Shown here piece by piece: positions 42,289-50,222 of a stretch of DNA of 56,680 bases. Below the pieces are notes generated by a model. That model saw only the letters and a program-made list of their open reading frames with translations. It did no database searches and was not told where the DNA came from. Made by a program: the position numbers and the translations under genes. Source of the DNA: a virus; IMG/VR virus record IMGVR_UViG_3300022930_000002, positions 1 to 56,680 of that record, one strand, 5' to 3'. Numbering within the stretch: position 1 is the first letter of the stretch; every line of letters starts with the position of its first letter.

Positions 42289-42293
42289 ATTAT

Positions 42294-42343
42294 AAAAAAT
42301 ATTTACAAAATATTTTGTTTTATCAAAAGTAACCGTATCTTTG
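42294..42343 (+). promoter_or_regulatory. promoter of the AAAAATATTTACAAAATATTTTG class
   Basis: AAAAAATATTTACAAAATATTTTG-N18-TATCTTTG. Confidence 0.65.
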
Positions 42344-42363
42344 AAATACAAAACAACGAAACA

Positions 42364-42654
42364 ATGAAAAAGATAATTTTACATAAGGAAGAAGAAAAGA
42401 TAGTCCTTATCCACACATTAATGGGTGTGGAAATCGTAGCTTATCGCTGCCCAAATTCTACATCTGTTTGCGTTCTAACGAAATTACTAGAATGTAAATG
42501 GGGCTTTATTAATCTATCTGGGTCCAACTCCAAGCCAACTTTTGTTGGAAATAACTTCGATAGTGCTGTCAGATTAGCCTGCGCTTGTAGGGATGTTAAA
42601 GTTTTTTCTAGCCAGGATGATTTAATTTCATCTGTTTATAACAAAAAGTTCTAA
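42364..42654 (+). CDS. hypothetical protein
   Basis: ORF track. Confidence 0.6.
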   Translation: MKKIILHKEEEKIVLIHTLMGVEIVAYRCPNSTSVCVLTKLLECKWGFINLSGSNSKPTFVGNNFDSAVRLACACRDVKVFSSQDDLISSVYNKKF

Positions 42655-42833
42655 TGGTAGAAGAAACACTTAAAAAGCTTGAAACCATCAAAGCTAAGAA
42701 ACTGAAAGTGGAAGTATCCAAAGCGAATTATCTTCCTCTATCCGATGCCTTAAGAAAGGCTAATTACGTGTTCGACGTAAAAATGTCATCATCTAAAATA
42801 AATTTTATCATAATAACAAATTGGAAAAAGTAA
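42654..42833 (+). CDS. hypothetical 59-aa protein
   Basis: Hand translation MVEETLKKLETIKAKKLKVEVSKANYLPLSDALRKANYVFDVKMSSSKINFIIITNWKK; coupled at both ends. Confidence 0.45.
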   Translation: MVEETLKKLETIKAKKLKVEVSKANYLPLSDALRKANYVFDVKMSSSKINFIIITNWKK

Positions 42834-43219
42834 TGAAAACAGAAGCACAAACATTTTTAGCCGAAAACGGCCTGGCTATCGCAGCCGACATCAATTTCGC
42901 AGTAAGAGTTGCCCATGGTCTTGCAAAAGATGCAGGATGGCACGACAAACCACGTGAGATAGGAACTATGCTTTGCCTAATCCACTCTGAAATCTCAGAA
43001 GCTATGGAAGGTAGCCGTAAAGATTTAATGGATGACAAACTACCTGAGCGTAAAATGTTCGAAGTAGAACTGGCAGATGCAGTGATCCGTATTTTTGATC
43101 TGGCCGGCAGAGAAGGTCTTGATCTTGGTAATGCTATTTATGAGAAGCTACTCTACAATCAGATCAGACCAGATCATAAGAAAGAAGCTAGGGAAGCTGA
43201 AGGTGGTAAACAATTCTAA
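42833..43219 (+). CDS. mazG: MazG-like all-alpha nucleoside triphosphate pyrophosphohydrolase (ATG at 42833)
   Basis: LIHSEISEAMEG ... EVELADAVIRIFDLA metal-binding helices. Confidence 0.75.
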   Translation: MKTEAQTFLAENGLAIAADINFAVRVAHGLAKDAGWHDKPREIGTMLCLIHSEISEAMEGSRKDLMDDKLPERKMFEVELADAVIRIFDLAGREGLDLGNAIYEKLLYNQIRPDHKKEAREAEGGKQF

Positions 43220-43221
43220 CC

Positions 43222-43575
43222 ATGAAGCTGAACTTCAACATAATCCACATGAGAGCTGTAAAACCTGCAATGGGTGCTTTCGGTGCGGAGCTTATAGCTA
43301 CTATGATCATCAATAATCACGATCACGTGAAACACTGCTATGGTCTCACTGTTGAAATTCCGGAAGGGTACGTAGGTATCCTTCTTCCTTCACCTAATAT
43401 TGTGGATAAAATAGAAAAAGTAGCAAATCTTGGGGTTTACACCTCAGCAGATAATCGCAAAGAATTATCTGCTATCTTTACTTTACCAGATGATATGGTT
43501 CATGATTTTTACCAGGAAGGGGAAGTATCAGCAATTCTAATTGTCGTACCATTTTTAAAATACGAAATCGCATAA
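43222..43575 (+). CDS. dUTPase-fold protein with degenerate catalytic motifs
   Basis: GAFGAELIAT (motif 1-like), EIPEGYVGILLPSPN (motif 2 region lacks Arg-Ser), EGEVSAILIVVP (motif 4-like); no motif 3 or 5. Confidence 0.4.
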   Translation: MKLNFNIIHMRAVKPAMGAFGAELIATMIINNHDHVKHCYGLTVEIPEGYVGILLPSPNIVDKIEKVANLGVYTSADNRKELSAIFTLPDDMVHDFYQEGEVSAILIVVPFLKYEIA

Positions 43576-43588
43576 AAAAAATAATATC

Positions 43589-44050
43589 ATGAAAAATTTA
43601 AGATCAATATTCGGATTTTTGTTAGTGCTGACCATTTTGTTTTCCTGTAGACAAGAACCATCAGCAGAATTAGGTTGGAATGGAACTGAGAAAGTAGTAA
43701 AAATAACCGACCAGAATGGTCAGCAGTTTTTAATGAACTACTTGCTTTATCAATCTCTATTTAACAATGGAGGATATAACAACGTAATTCACCACTACCA
43801 CTCAGCCCCCAGTAGATACACAGCATATACCTCTAAAAGCTTTAGAGCTTCAAAAGTACAGCCTACATCTACTAAAGGATTCAATACCAATTTTAGGAAG
43901 GTAGAAGCCAGACGATCAACCTTAAACAGGGCCAGATCACAATATTCAGGTTCTAAATCATCTGGATCAAGTTTCTTTAAGAAATCAAGTCCTTCGCGGA
44001 GTAGTTGGAGCAGGTCAAGTTCCAGTCGATCAAGCAGCCGTAGACGTTAA
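43589..44050 (+). CDS. lipoprotein with Ser/Arg-rich tail
   Basis: MKNLRSIFGFLLVLTILFSC lipobox-like leader; C-terminal SSSRSSSRRR. Confidence 0.6.
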   Translation: MKNLRSIFGFLLVLTILFSCRQEPSAELGWNGTEKVVKITDQNGQQFLMNYLLYQSLFNNGGYNNVIHHYHSAPSRYTAYTSKSFRASKVQPTSTKGFNTNFRKVEARRSTLNRARSQYSGSKSSGSSFFKKSSPSRSSWSRSSSSRSSSRRR

Positions 44051-44051
44051 T

Positions 44052-44090
44052 AAAAAACCCCAGAAGAAATAATCTCCTGGGGTTTTTTTT
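44052..44090. terminator. bidirectional terminator between convergent gene blocks
   Basis: A6-CCCCAG...CTGGGG-T8. Confidence 0.75.
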
Positions 44091-44721
44091 ATCTTGTTAC
44101 ACCGTATATGACAGCACCACCGACGATGGCTCCGGCCCAGTACTTCCAATTCTTGGGCTTCTTATCTGGTTTAACATAAAAACTATTCAGCTCAGTCACT
44201 TTCACATATGGGTTCGAATGCTTGGCTATAAGACGATAATCTGGTCCAAGTGAATACTTCACCTTATCCCATGCTACAAGTCCCATAGAAGTGCTATCTG
44301 GCTTTGATACGATGTCAGCTTGATAGAACTCATTTACAATAGTTGCTTTGCGTATTCCTTCTTTCTTTTCTACCGTATCCGGAGGAAGATTCTTAACTAC
44401 AGTATCGATTCTGTACTCTGTATTTGTAATAATACCTACTGTAGCCTTTTTACTTTTCTTCAGATCATAAAGTTCTTTATCCTTCTCAGCTAAAAAATCT
44501 GTCAACTGGCCGTTTGAGGCAACATAGGTCTGCTTGCTATATTCTAACTCACCAGTCTTTTTATTTAATTCTACTTTCAAAGTATCTTGGGCAGCTTTCT
44601 CCAAACTGATCTGATCTTTTAATTTATCTTCCTGGCTTCTATGGCAACCCTCCCGAGTGGCCAGTATAAATATTAACAGGATGATCACCCCGAGTAATAT
44701 ATTAGTTTTTGATATTTTCAT
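44089..44721 (-). CDS. spanin-like lysis protein (N-terminal TM + coiled coil)
   Basis: ILLGVIILLIFILA TM then a heptad-rich region; last gene of the lysis block. Confidence 0.5.
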   Translation of the reverse strand: MKISKTNILLGVIILLIFILATREGCHRSQEDKLKDQISLEKAAQDTLKVELNKKTGELEYSKQTYVASNGQLTDFLAEKDKELYDLKKSKKATVGIITNTEYRIDTVVKNLPPDTVEKKEGIRKATIVNEFYQADIVSKPDSTSMGLVAWDKVKYSLGPDYRLIAKHSNPYVKVTELNSFYVKPDKKPKNWKYWAGAIVGGAVIYGVTR

Positions 44722-44998
44722 CTTTTATGGGTGTTACGGGTTCTGTAATTATTGTTGTGCTTTCTGGCGTGATCTCCGTGGTAGTCTTTTGATCGACGAT
44801 AGGTGTTTTATGAGAAGCACCAAAGTACACCCCAAATATACCTCCTAGTATCGTTCCTCCAATCAGTCCAATGATCAGCGTTAATATCTCTTTTTCCTGT
44901 CCCCAGTTGCGTAGGATGTAATAAATAAAGAAAGCGGTACATACACTCCAAAAATAAGAAAGGATAGCCCTTGGAGTAAGATTCTCTGGTGTTAACAT
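44702..44998 (-). CDS. holin candidate (two TM)
   Basis: AILSYFWSVCTAFFIYYIL and LTLIIGLIGGTILGGIFGVYF; overlaps the endolysin stop. Confidence 0.55.
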   Translation of the reverse strand: MLTPENLTPRAILSYFWSVCTAFFIYYILRNWGQEKEILTLIIGLIGGTILGGIFGVYFGASHKTPIVDQKTTTEITPESTTIITEPVTPIKDENIKN

Positions 44999-45579
44999 AC
45001 TTTGTAAGGTTTAAGTCTACTTAACCAACTATTAAGGAATTGAAGCTGATTGCCAGTCGCGATGGATCGGTAGAAAGCTTCCCTTCTTTTGTTGAAATTA
45101 TCGTAAACAAGTTTCTGATTAAGAGTATTGATCGCATCAATAGTTTTCATACCAATGTTTCCATCTACAAGCAATTTTACTAGGGTTGTGTCATTAGCTG
45201 CACGTTGTAGGAACTGAGCTGCCCTTCCAGTACCGGAGTTCACACCAAAATCATATACACTGTTAGCTAACTGCTGATCAGCGAAAGCATCAAGTTTGTT
45301 AACATCCCAGAAATTTTGTTTGTAAAATGCTGATACCAGAGTATGTACTGGTTCTGTAGGAACTTTAGCTGAAGCATTGACCCATTGGGCCAGAGATAGT
45401 TTCTTATCAGATTTGGCCCAGTCTGCTTTATACTTATCGATGAACTTCCATCCAGGCCATGCTCCCCAGAAATTACGGGCTATGCCTGCATATGTTTCTC
45501 CACCTCTATCTGCCTTGTTGTTTGCGTAGCCGCCTTCGTTTCGTCCGGTTATAGCCTCTGCTGTTTCGAATTTTGCCAT
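44992..45579 (-). CDS. endolysin, GH108 N-acetylmuramidase with PG-binding C-terminus
   Basis: GRNEGGYANNKADRGGETYAGI matches the GH108 EGGY..DPGG.T..GI signature. Confidence 0.8.
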   Translation of the reverse strand: MAKFETAEAITGRNEGGYANNKADRGGETYAGIARNFWGAWPGWKFIDKYKADWAKSDKKLSLAQWVNASAKVPTEPVHTLVSAFYKQNFWDVNKLDAFADQQLANSVYDFGVNSGTGRAAQFLQRAANDTTLVKLLVDGNIGMKTIDAINTLNQKLVYDNFNKRREAFYRSIATGNQLQFLNSWLSRLKPYKVC

Positions 45580-45618
45580 GATAGTTGTTTTTTAAAACAA
45601 ATATATGGAAAATATTTA

Positions 45619-45975
45619 CTAGGCGTATTTTTGCTTAAAAAACCATCTGTAACTAAGTAAGATGCCAGTCCACAGTAAAACATTTACATAGATAGAATTT
45701 TCGGGCCTCATTAACATCCGACCTTCACTAAACGGGTGGATAAGAAGTAAAATAGTTGGGCATAATCCTACGATAAGTAAAATGCACCAGTGATATATTT
45801 TGTGGTATTTTAACCACGATCTGTATTCTTTGTTACCCCTAAACCAGGCATTAATAGTGATATAATAAATCCCTTTATTTTTATACCTCGCATCGCAAAC
45901 AAATCTTGTTGCCAGATAAACAAGTCCGATCATTAAACAAAGCAATACGTAGCCTGTAAATTGTTCTGCGGTCAT
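45619..45975 (-). CDS. multi-TM membrane protein
   Basis: ORF track; three hydrophobic segments; ATGA overlap. Confidence 0.6.
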   Translation of the reverse strand: MTAEQFTGYVLLCLMIGLVYLATRFVCDARYKNKGIYYITINAWFRGNKEYRSWLKYHKIYHWCILLIVGLCPTILLLIHPFSEGRMLMRPENSIYVNVLLWTGILLSYRWFFKQKYA

Positions 45976-46409
45976 AATTTAGTCTCTTTATCATCTGTGG
46001 GTGCAGATGGGTTAACAACAGTTTCACTAGCAAGAAACTTGCCTAGTTTGGCTCTTAACCAATCTTTTATAGTTTGTTTTCCGATATTTTCTAATTGAGC
46101 CACCATAAAAGCTGCGAATAGTGAATTTAAAAAAAGATAAATTTCAAAACCTCTTTTATAGTTAAATTCTCTCCAAAATAATATCGCTACAAAACACCAC
46201 GTTATAGTACAGATTGAATGCCACATAGTAACTGGCCAGGTGAGCTTGTGTCGTTTATTCTCCATACCAAGTCTGAGCACAAAACCCAGAACAATGCAGA
46301 GAAGATACCAAAGAAGAAGTGCAGGATCAGCTATAACAAATGGCATTGCCACTGCATTTAAAACTAGAAAATCCCCTAGTGCGAGTACCGTTTTCATTAC
46401 CACGTTCAT
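45972..46409 (-). CDS. multi-TM membrane protein
   Basis: ORF track; four hydrophobic segments. Confidence 0.6.
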   Translation of the reverse strand: MNVVMKTVLALGDFLVLNAVAMPFVIADPALLLWYLLCIVLGFVLRLGMENKRHKLTWPVTMWHSICTITWCFVAILFWREFNYKRGFEIYLFLNSLFAAFMVAQLENIGKQTIKDWLRAKLGKFLASETVVNPSAPTDDKETKL

Positions 46410-46744
46410 CCTTTTTTAAATCCACAGTGAATCAATAATACTACAAAGCTTATGGCGGTAAACACGTTGAACAAATCTGTCCTTTCATAAACCAGAGCTT
46501 TCTCCAAATATAAACAGAAGCCTGTGTATATAAGCCTACAAATAGTAAGCCACATAGAGAACTGCAAGAATAGCGACTCCTTTTCTGTAACGTCTGCGGG
46601 GTGATATTGGAAATAACACAACACTGATATAAAACCAAGCGTTGTAAACATCCCGAAAAAGTAAAGATACTTAGTGCCCTCGAAAGGATACCAAGCATAC
46701 AGTATCGTGAACAGACAGTAAAGGAAACAAGTCGCTATCTTCAT
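46406..46744 (-). CDS. multi-TM membrane protein
   Basis: ORF track; three or four hydrophobic segments. Confidence 0.6.
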   Translation of the reverse strand: MKIATCFLYCLFTILYAWYPFEGTKYLYFFGMFTTLGFISVLCYFQYHPADVTEKESLFLQFSMWLTICRLIYTGFCLYLEKALVYERTDLFNVFTAISFVVLLIHCGFKKG

Positions 46745-46745
46745 T

Positions 46746-46895
46746 TTAATTTTGATCTTCAGTATCCTCGGAAATTTCTGTATCCGGTGCTACTTTTGGT
46801 TTAATCGGGTCTTTGACAACTCCGGAGGGTAAGCACTGTCCGCTTTCCGAATCGCATCTGAATCCTGCCTGGCAATCACTGTTAGTTACACACAT
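46746..46895 (-). CDS. small Cys-rich acidic protein, 49 aa
   Basis: Hand translation MCVTNSDCQAGFRCDSESGQCLPSGVVKDPIKPKVAPDTEISEDTEDQN. Confidence 0.4.
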   Translation of the reverse strand: MCVTNSDCQAGFRCDSESGQCLPSGVVKDPIKPKVAPDTEISEDTEDQN

Positions 46896-46957
46896 AATAT
46901 TAAGTTTTATCAAATGTAATAAAATAATCTAGGTGCTTTATATTAGTGTATGATATT

Positions 46958-49651
46958 TTATATTTTAAGAAAATCCATATTTATTATGGAGATGTTCCCT
47001 TTCATTTGAGTGATATCGTGTTTTCTCCTATCTTCCGTAAACATATAAAACAACGATCCTTTAAATTCACAAACAGACATATAGTGACTTGCGGCATCTG
47101 TTTTTATATTTTGAGTGTCCAATATTGCCAAAGTTGCTTGATCTATTACTGATATACCTACTCCACTCCTGATTACAGTTCCCCAAGTTGTAACATTATT
47201 AGGGGAGTTATAAACTGCATAAAGTTTAGAGTTGTAATAAAATAAGAACGGCCTAGAGTACACCTGATTGTTTAATTCTGTAGAGACTGTCCAAGTATCG
47301 GTTGTAATATCATATAGGTATAAATTATACCTGTTGTTCCCTTTTATGAACACATAAATTTTCTGACCAATTACTTTAAGGGCACCCTCCCATACACTCA
47401 AATAAGTTAATGGGGGCATAGATACAAAATCCCAAGTTATACCGTCAGAGCTTTTCATGATTGCCCCTTGGAAGCCGTTGCCATTTGTTTGTAATGATGC
47501 CATATAAACCCAATAGAAGCCCCCTGAGAAATCTATCCTACCTGAAAATATAGGATATGTTCCTGCATCTGTTCCTGTTCTGGATGATAACCTATCAACC
47601 ATTACAGAAATATTTGTTACTGACATTACCTCTGTGTATTGTGTACCACCGAAAGTGTACCTTAAAAAGAGATTTTGTATTGAGTTATCAAATTGCAAAG
47701 TTGTTTTATTAAAGTTTCTGCTACAATATCTAGTGCCAAAAGCATCATTTTGATTGTTACCAACCATTATGTATTGAACAACTGTAGATTTAATTATTAA
47801 TGTTGGATCATATGGAGATATACCCTTTGCAGTCCATGAACCAACAACATCATTAAACTTTAATGCCACGAACCTGTCCCTTTGACTAAAATCACAAGGA
47901 TTAATTCTCAATAATGCGCAATAGATGTCACCATTTAAAGCATTTTCAGTATATGATGTCTCGCTGCAATAATATGATGCCCAAAGATATCCTCCCTCAC
48001 TTAAATTATCCTCCAATACTGTAGAGCAATGTGCAAGTTTTTCATTCTTCCAGTCTGATACTACTGTCGCACTTTTAAGAGTTGCGACTCCCTGAGATCT
48101 GTCTTTTAAATAATCATTTTGATATGGTGATTTTAATCTAGTCACCAATTTAAAACCAACATTGGGCAAATCAGATATTAATAGATTACCTCCTGCTGTT
48201 ATTCTTAGTGAAATTTTAACGAACCTAGTTAAAGCATTGAAACTTGTTTTTGCTGCTGTTAAAAATGAAGTAAACTCTAAGACCGATCCATCTGCTGCAA
48301 ATTGCGTAACAAGAAATCCATATCCAGTATTTACGGACATACTCTCTATATTCATAACCGGCAATTTTTCGGGAGTTGATAACTTAGTTAAATCTATTGC
48401 CTCAAATGCTCCTGTTGCGGCTGTGAATCGAATATTTTCCCAATTAATATAAGATGAGTCATTATATAGAGAATTACTTAAAGATGCAACCGCAGCAACA
48501 TTTACATTTACTTTATTACTAATCAATGTAAGATCATCATAAGACGATATTCTAATCCAATTTGCATCAGCAATAAAATTGGAAGATGTTTCAAATTCAT
48601 TTCCAATGTATTGCTCAATCTTAATTATACCATTTTTAACGAATGAAGCTATTAAACCTTTCCTCCTATATTGTTTAGGAATTGCTGTTCTTTCAGAACC
48701 ATATAGGATCAAAGTATCAATGGATAACCAATAATCTAAAACGGTCCAATTTGTTACTATGTCACTATCTCTAAAAGCAATGGTATCCCATGATCTCGCT
48801 GATTTCTCATAGGTTATAATCAACCCAAATTTCCTTATCTCCGTAGGGACTGCGCGGCAAGCCGTATCAAACGTATAGTATGCACCTCCGGAAAGGGGAA
48901 CTTCAGTGGTTACATTAAAAACTGCTTTTGAATTTCTATTATAGAATAATGGTCTAAACCATTTAACAGAAACTCCTGGTACTTCTGTAGCTAAGGTATT
49001 GGCATTAGCTTGCCATACTTCACCATCTTTTATTACTTGCGATCCTGAAGTAAAGGTTGTGGCAGTCCAAGTAATCATGTTTGCCGTACCTGCCGTACCT
49101 TGACTTCCTTGACTTCCTCTATAATCTACCGCACTTGCAATTGGAGTAACCAAACCACTAGAACCTACATATTGGCCTATTCCTGCGGTTGGTTTAGTTC
49201 CAGTACCCCCTACATAATCGACCAGTTGCTGAACTATTCTATTCCCATCAGCGACAGCAGCATATACGGGGCTCCATCCACTTGGCCCTGTTGGTACCGC
49301 TATAGAACTTAAATATGACCATGTAGTACCATCCCAACCTAAAATGTTAAAAGTATTGGTAGTTACTATATTTCCACCTGTTGTTTGAGTATAAGTTCCT
49401 GGTCCTACGAATCCAATACCACTATCCAGAGTTGTAGGATTAGGTAACACCGTTCCAGATATTCCTATAAACGGAGATGAACCTAAATCAGCAACATATG
49501 GAGTTATATAATCTACAAGTCCTTGTATGTTTATTTTATACAAAACTCCATCAAGTCCGCAATGAGCAAAATAGTTTTGGAGTGTTAAAGCTAAATCTGG
49601 AAGTTCAGTTACTTTTTTTATTTCTACTAAGGTTGAAACGGTAGATGACAT
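46958..49651 (-). CDS. tail fibre / receptor-binding protein with possible C-terminal beta-propeller
   Basis: 897 aa after the distal tail genes; GSQGSQGTAGTA stretch; Asp-box-like SSDGITW near the C-terminus. Confidence 0.7.
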   Translation of the reverse strand: MSSTVSTLVEIKKVTELPDLALTLQNYFAHCGLDGVLYKINIQGLVDYITPYVADLGSSPFIGISGTVLPNPTTLDSGIGFVGPGTYTQTTGGNIVTTNTFNILGWDGTTWSYLSSIAVPTGPSGWSPVYAAVADGNRIVQQLVDYVGGTGTKPTAGIGQYVGSSGLVTPIASAVDYRGSQGSQGTAGTANMITWTATTFTSGSQVIKDGEVWQANANTLATEVPGVSVKWFRPLFYNRNSKAVFNVTTEVPLSGGAYYTFDTACRAVPTEIRKFGLIITYEKSARSWDTIAFRDSDIVTNWTVLDYWLSIDTLILYGSERTAIPKQYRRKGLIASFVKNGIIKIEQYIGNEFETSSNFIADANWIRISSYDDLTLISNKVNVNVAAVASLSNSLYNDSSYINWENIRFTAATGAFEAIDLTKLSTPEKLPVMNIESMSVNTGYGFLVTQFAADGSVLEFTSFLTAAKTSFNALTRFVKISLRITAGGNLLISDLPNVGFKLVTRLKSPYQNDYLKDRSQGVATLKSATVVSDWKNEKLAHCSTVLEDNLSEGGYLWASYYCSETSYTENALNGDIYCALLRINPCDFSQRDRFVALKFNDVVGSWTAKGISPYDPTLIIKSTVVQYIMVGNNQNDAFGTRYCSRNFNKTTLQFDNSIQNLFLRYTFGGTQYTEVMSVTNISVMVDRLSSRTGTDAGTYPIFSGRIDFSGGFYWVYMASLQTNGNGFQGAIMKSSDGITWDFVSMPPLTYLSVWEGALKVIGQKIYVFIKGNNRYNLYLYDITTDTWTVSTELNNQVYSRPFLFYYNSKLYAVYNSPNNVTTWGTVIRSGVGISVIDQATLAILDTQNIKTDAASHYMSVCEFKGSLFYMFTEDRRKHDITQMKGNISIINMDFLKI

Positions 49652-49708
49652 AATATTATAATTTTAAAACAAATATAGTTTGATTTATGAAAAATTCAAG
49701 GTATCCTA

Positions 49709-50218
49709 TTAATTATCGTAATTACTACTCACTATAAAATTTTCATTACCATCTTCTAAAATAGTATCATCGTTTAAAGTTGCTGAAATAGCATAAACAA
49801 TATTGTCGTTTATAGCAATTGTAAAAGGCCCACTACCCTGTAAAATCGTATTCCAATTTGCTAAACTATTTACACTTCCAGATATACTGCCACTTTGAAC
49901 ATATACCTGGCCCCTAATTATAAAATTTGGTAAATCTAATCTTTTAGTGGAAAATTCAATGTCCATTTTTTCACCAGTTATAAACGCATTTAGTATAGTA
50001 TTTATTCCTGTACCGGCCATACGTAATAACATCGCGGCATTTACATTTACGTTCCAAGACCTTAATCCTGGTATAAAATCTTTCCATCTACCTGAAGCGA
50101 TTGAACTTACAGCTCTCATATCAGTTTCAAAATTAAGTTCGCAAGATATTTCACAAGAAATAAACTCATTTTTAATTTTAACTCCTAAAAGATTTCCGGA
50201 CATTTTATTATTTGCCAT
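49709..50218 (-). CDS. tail-tube-like paralog (distal tail component)
   Basis: MANNKMSGNLLGVKIKNEFISCEISCELNFE aligns with MASNKVPGSIIGVRFGGVWLSCQTDATLNLT of 55992-56456. Confidence 0.6.
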   Translation of the reverse strand: MANNKMSGNLLGVKIKNEFISCEISCELNFETDMRAVSSIASGRWKDFIPGLRSWNVNVNAAMLLRMAGTGINTILNAFITGEKMDIEFSTKRLDLPNFIIRGQVYVQSGSISGSVNSLANWNTILQGSGPFTIAINDNIVYAISATLNDDTILEDGNENFIVSSNYDN

Positions 50219-50222
50219 GTGC

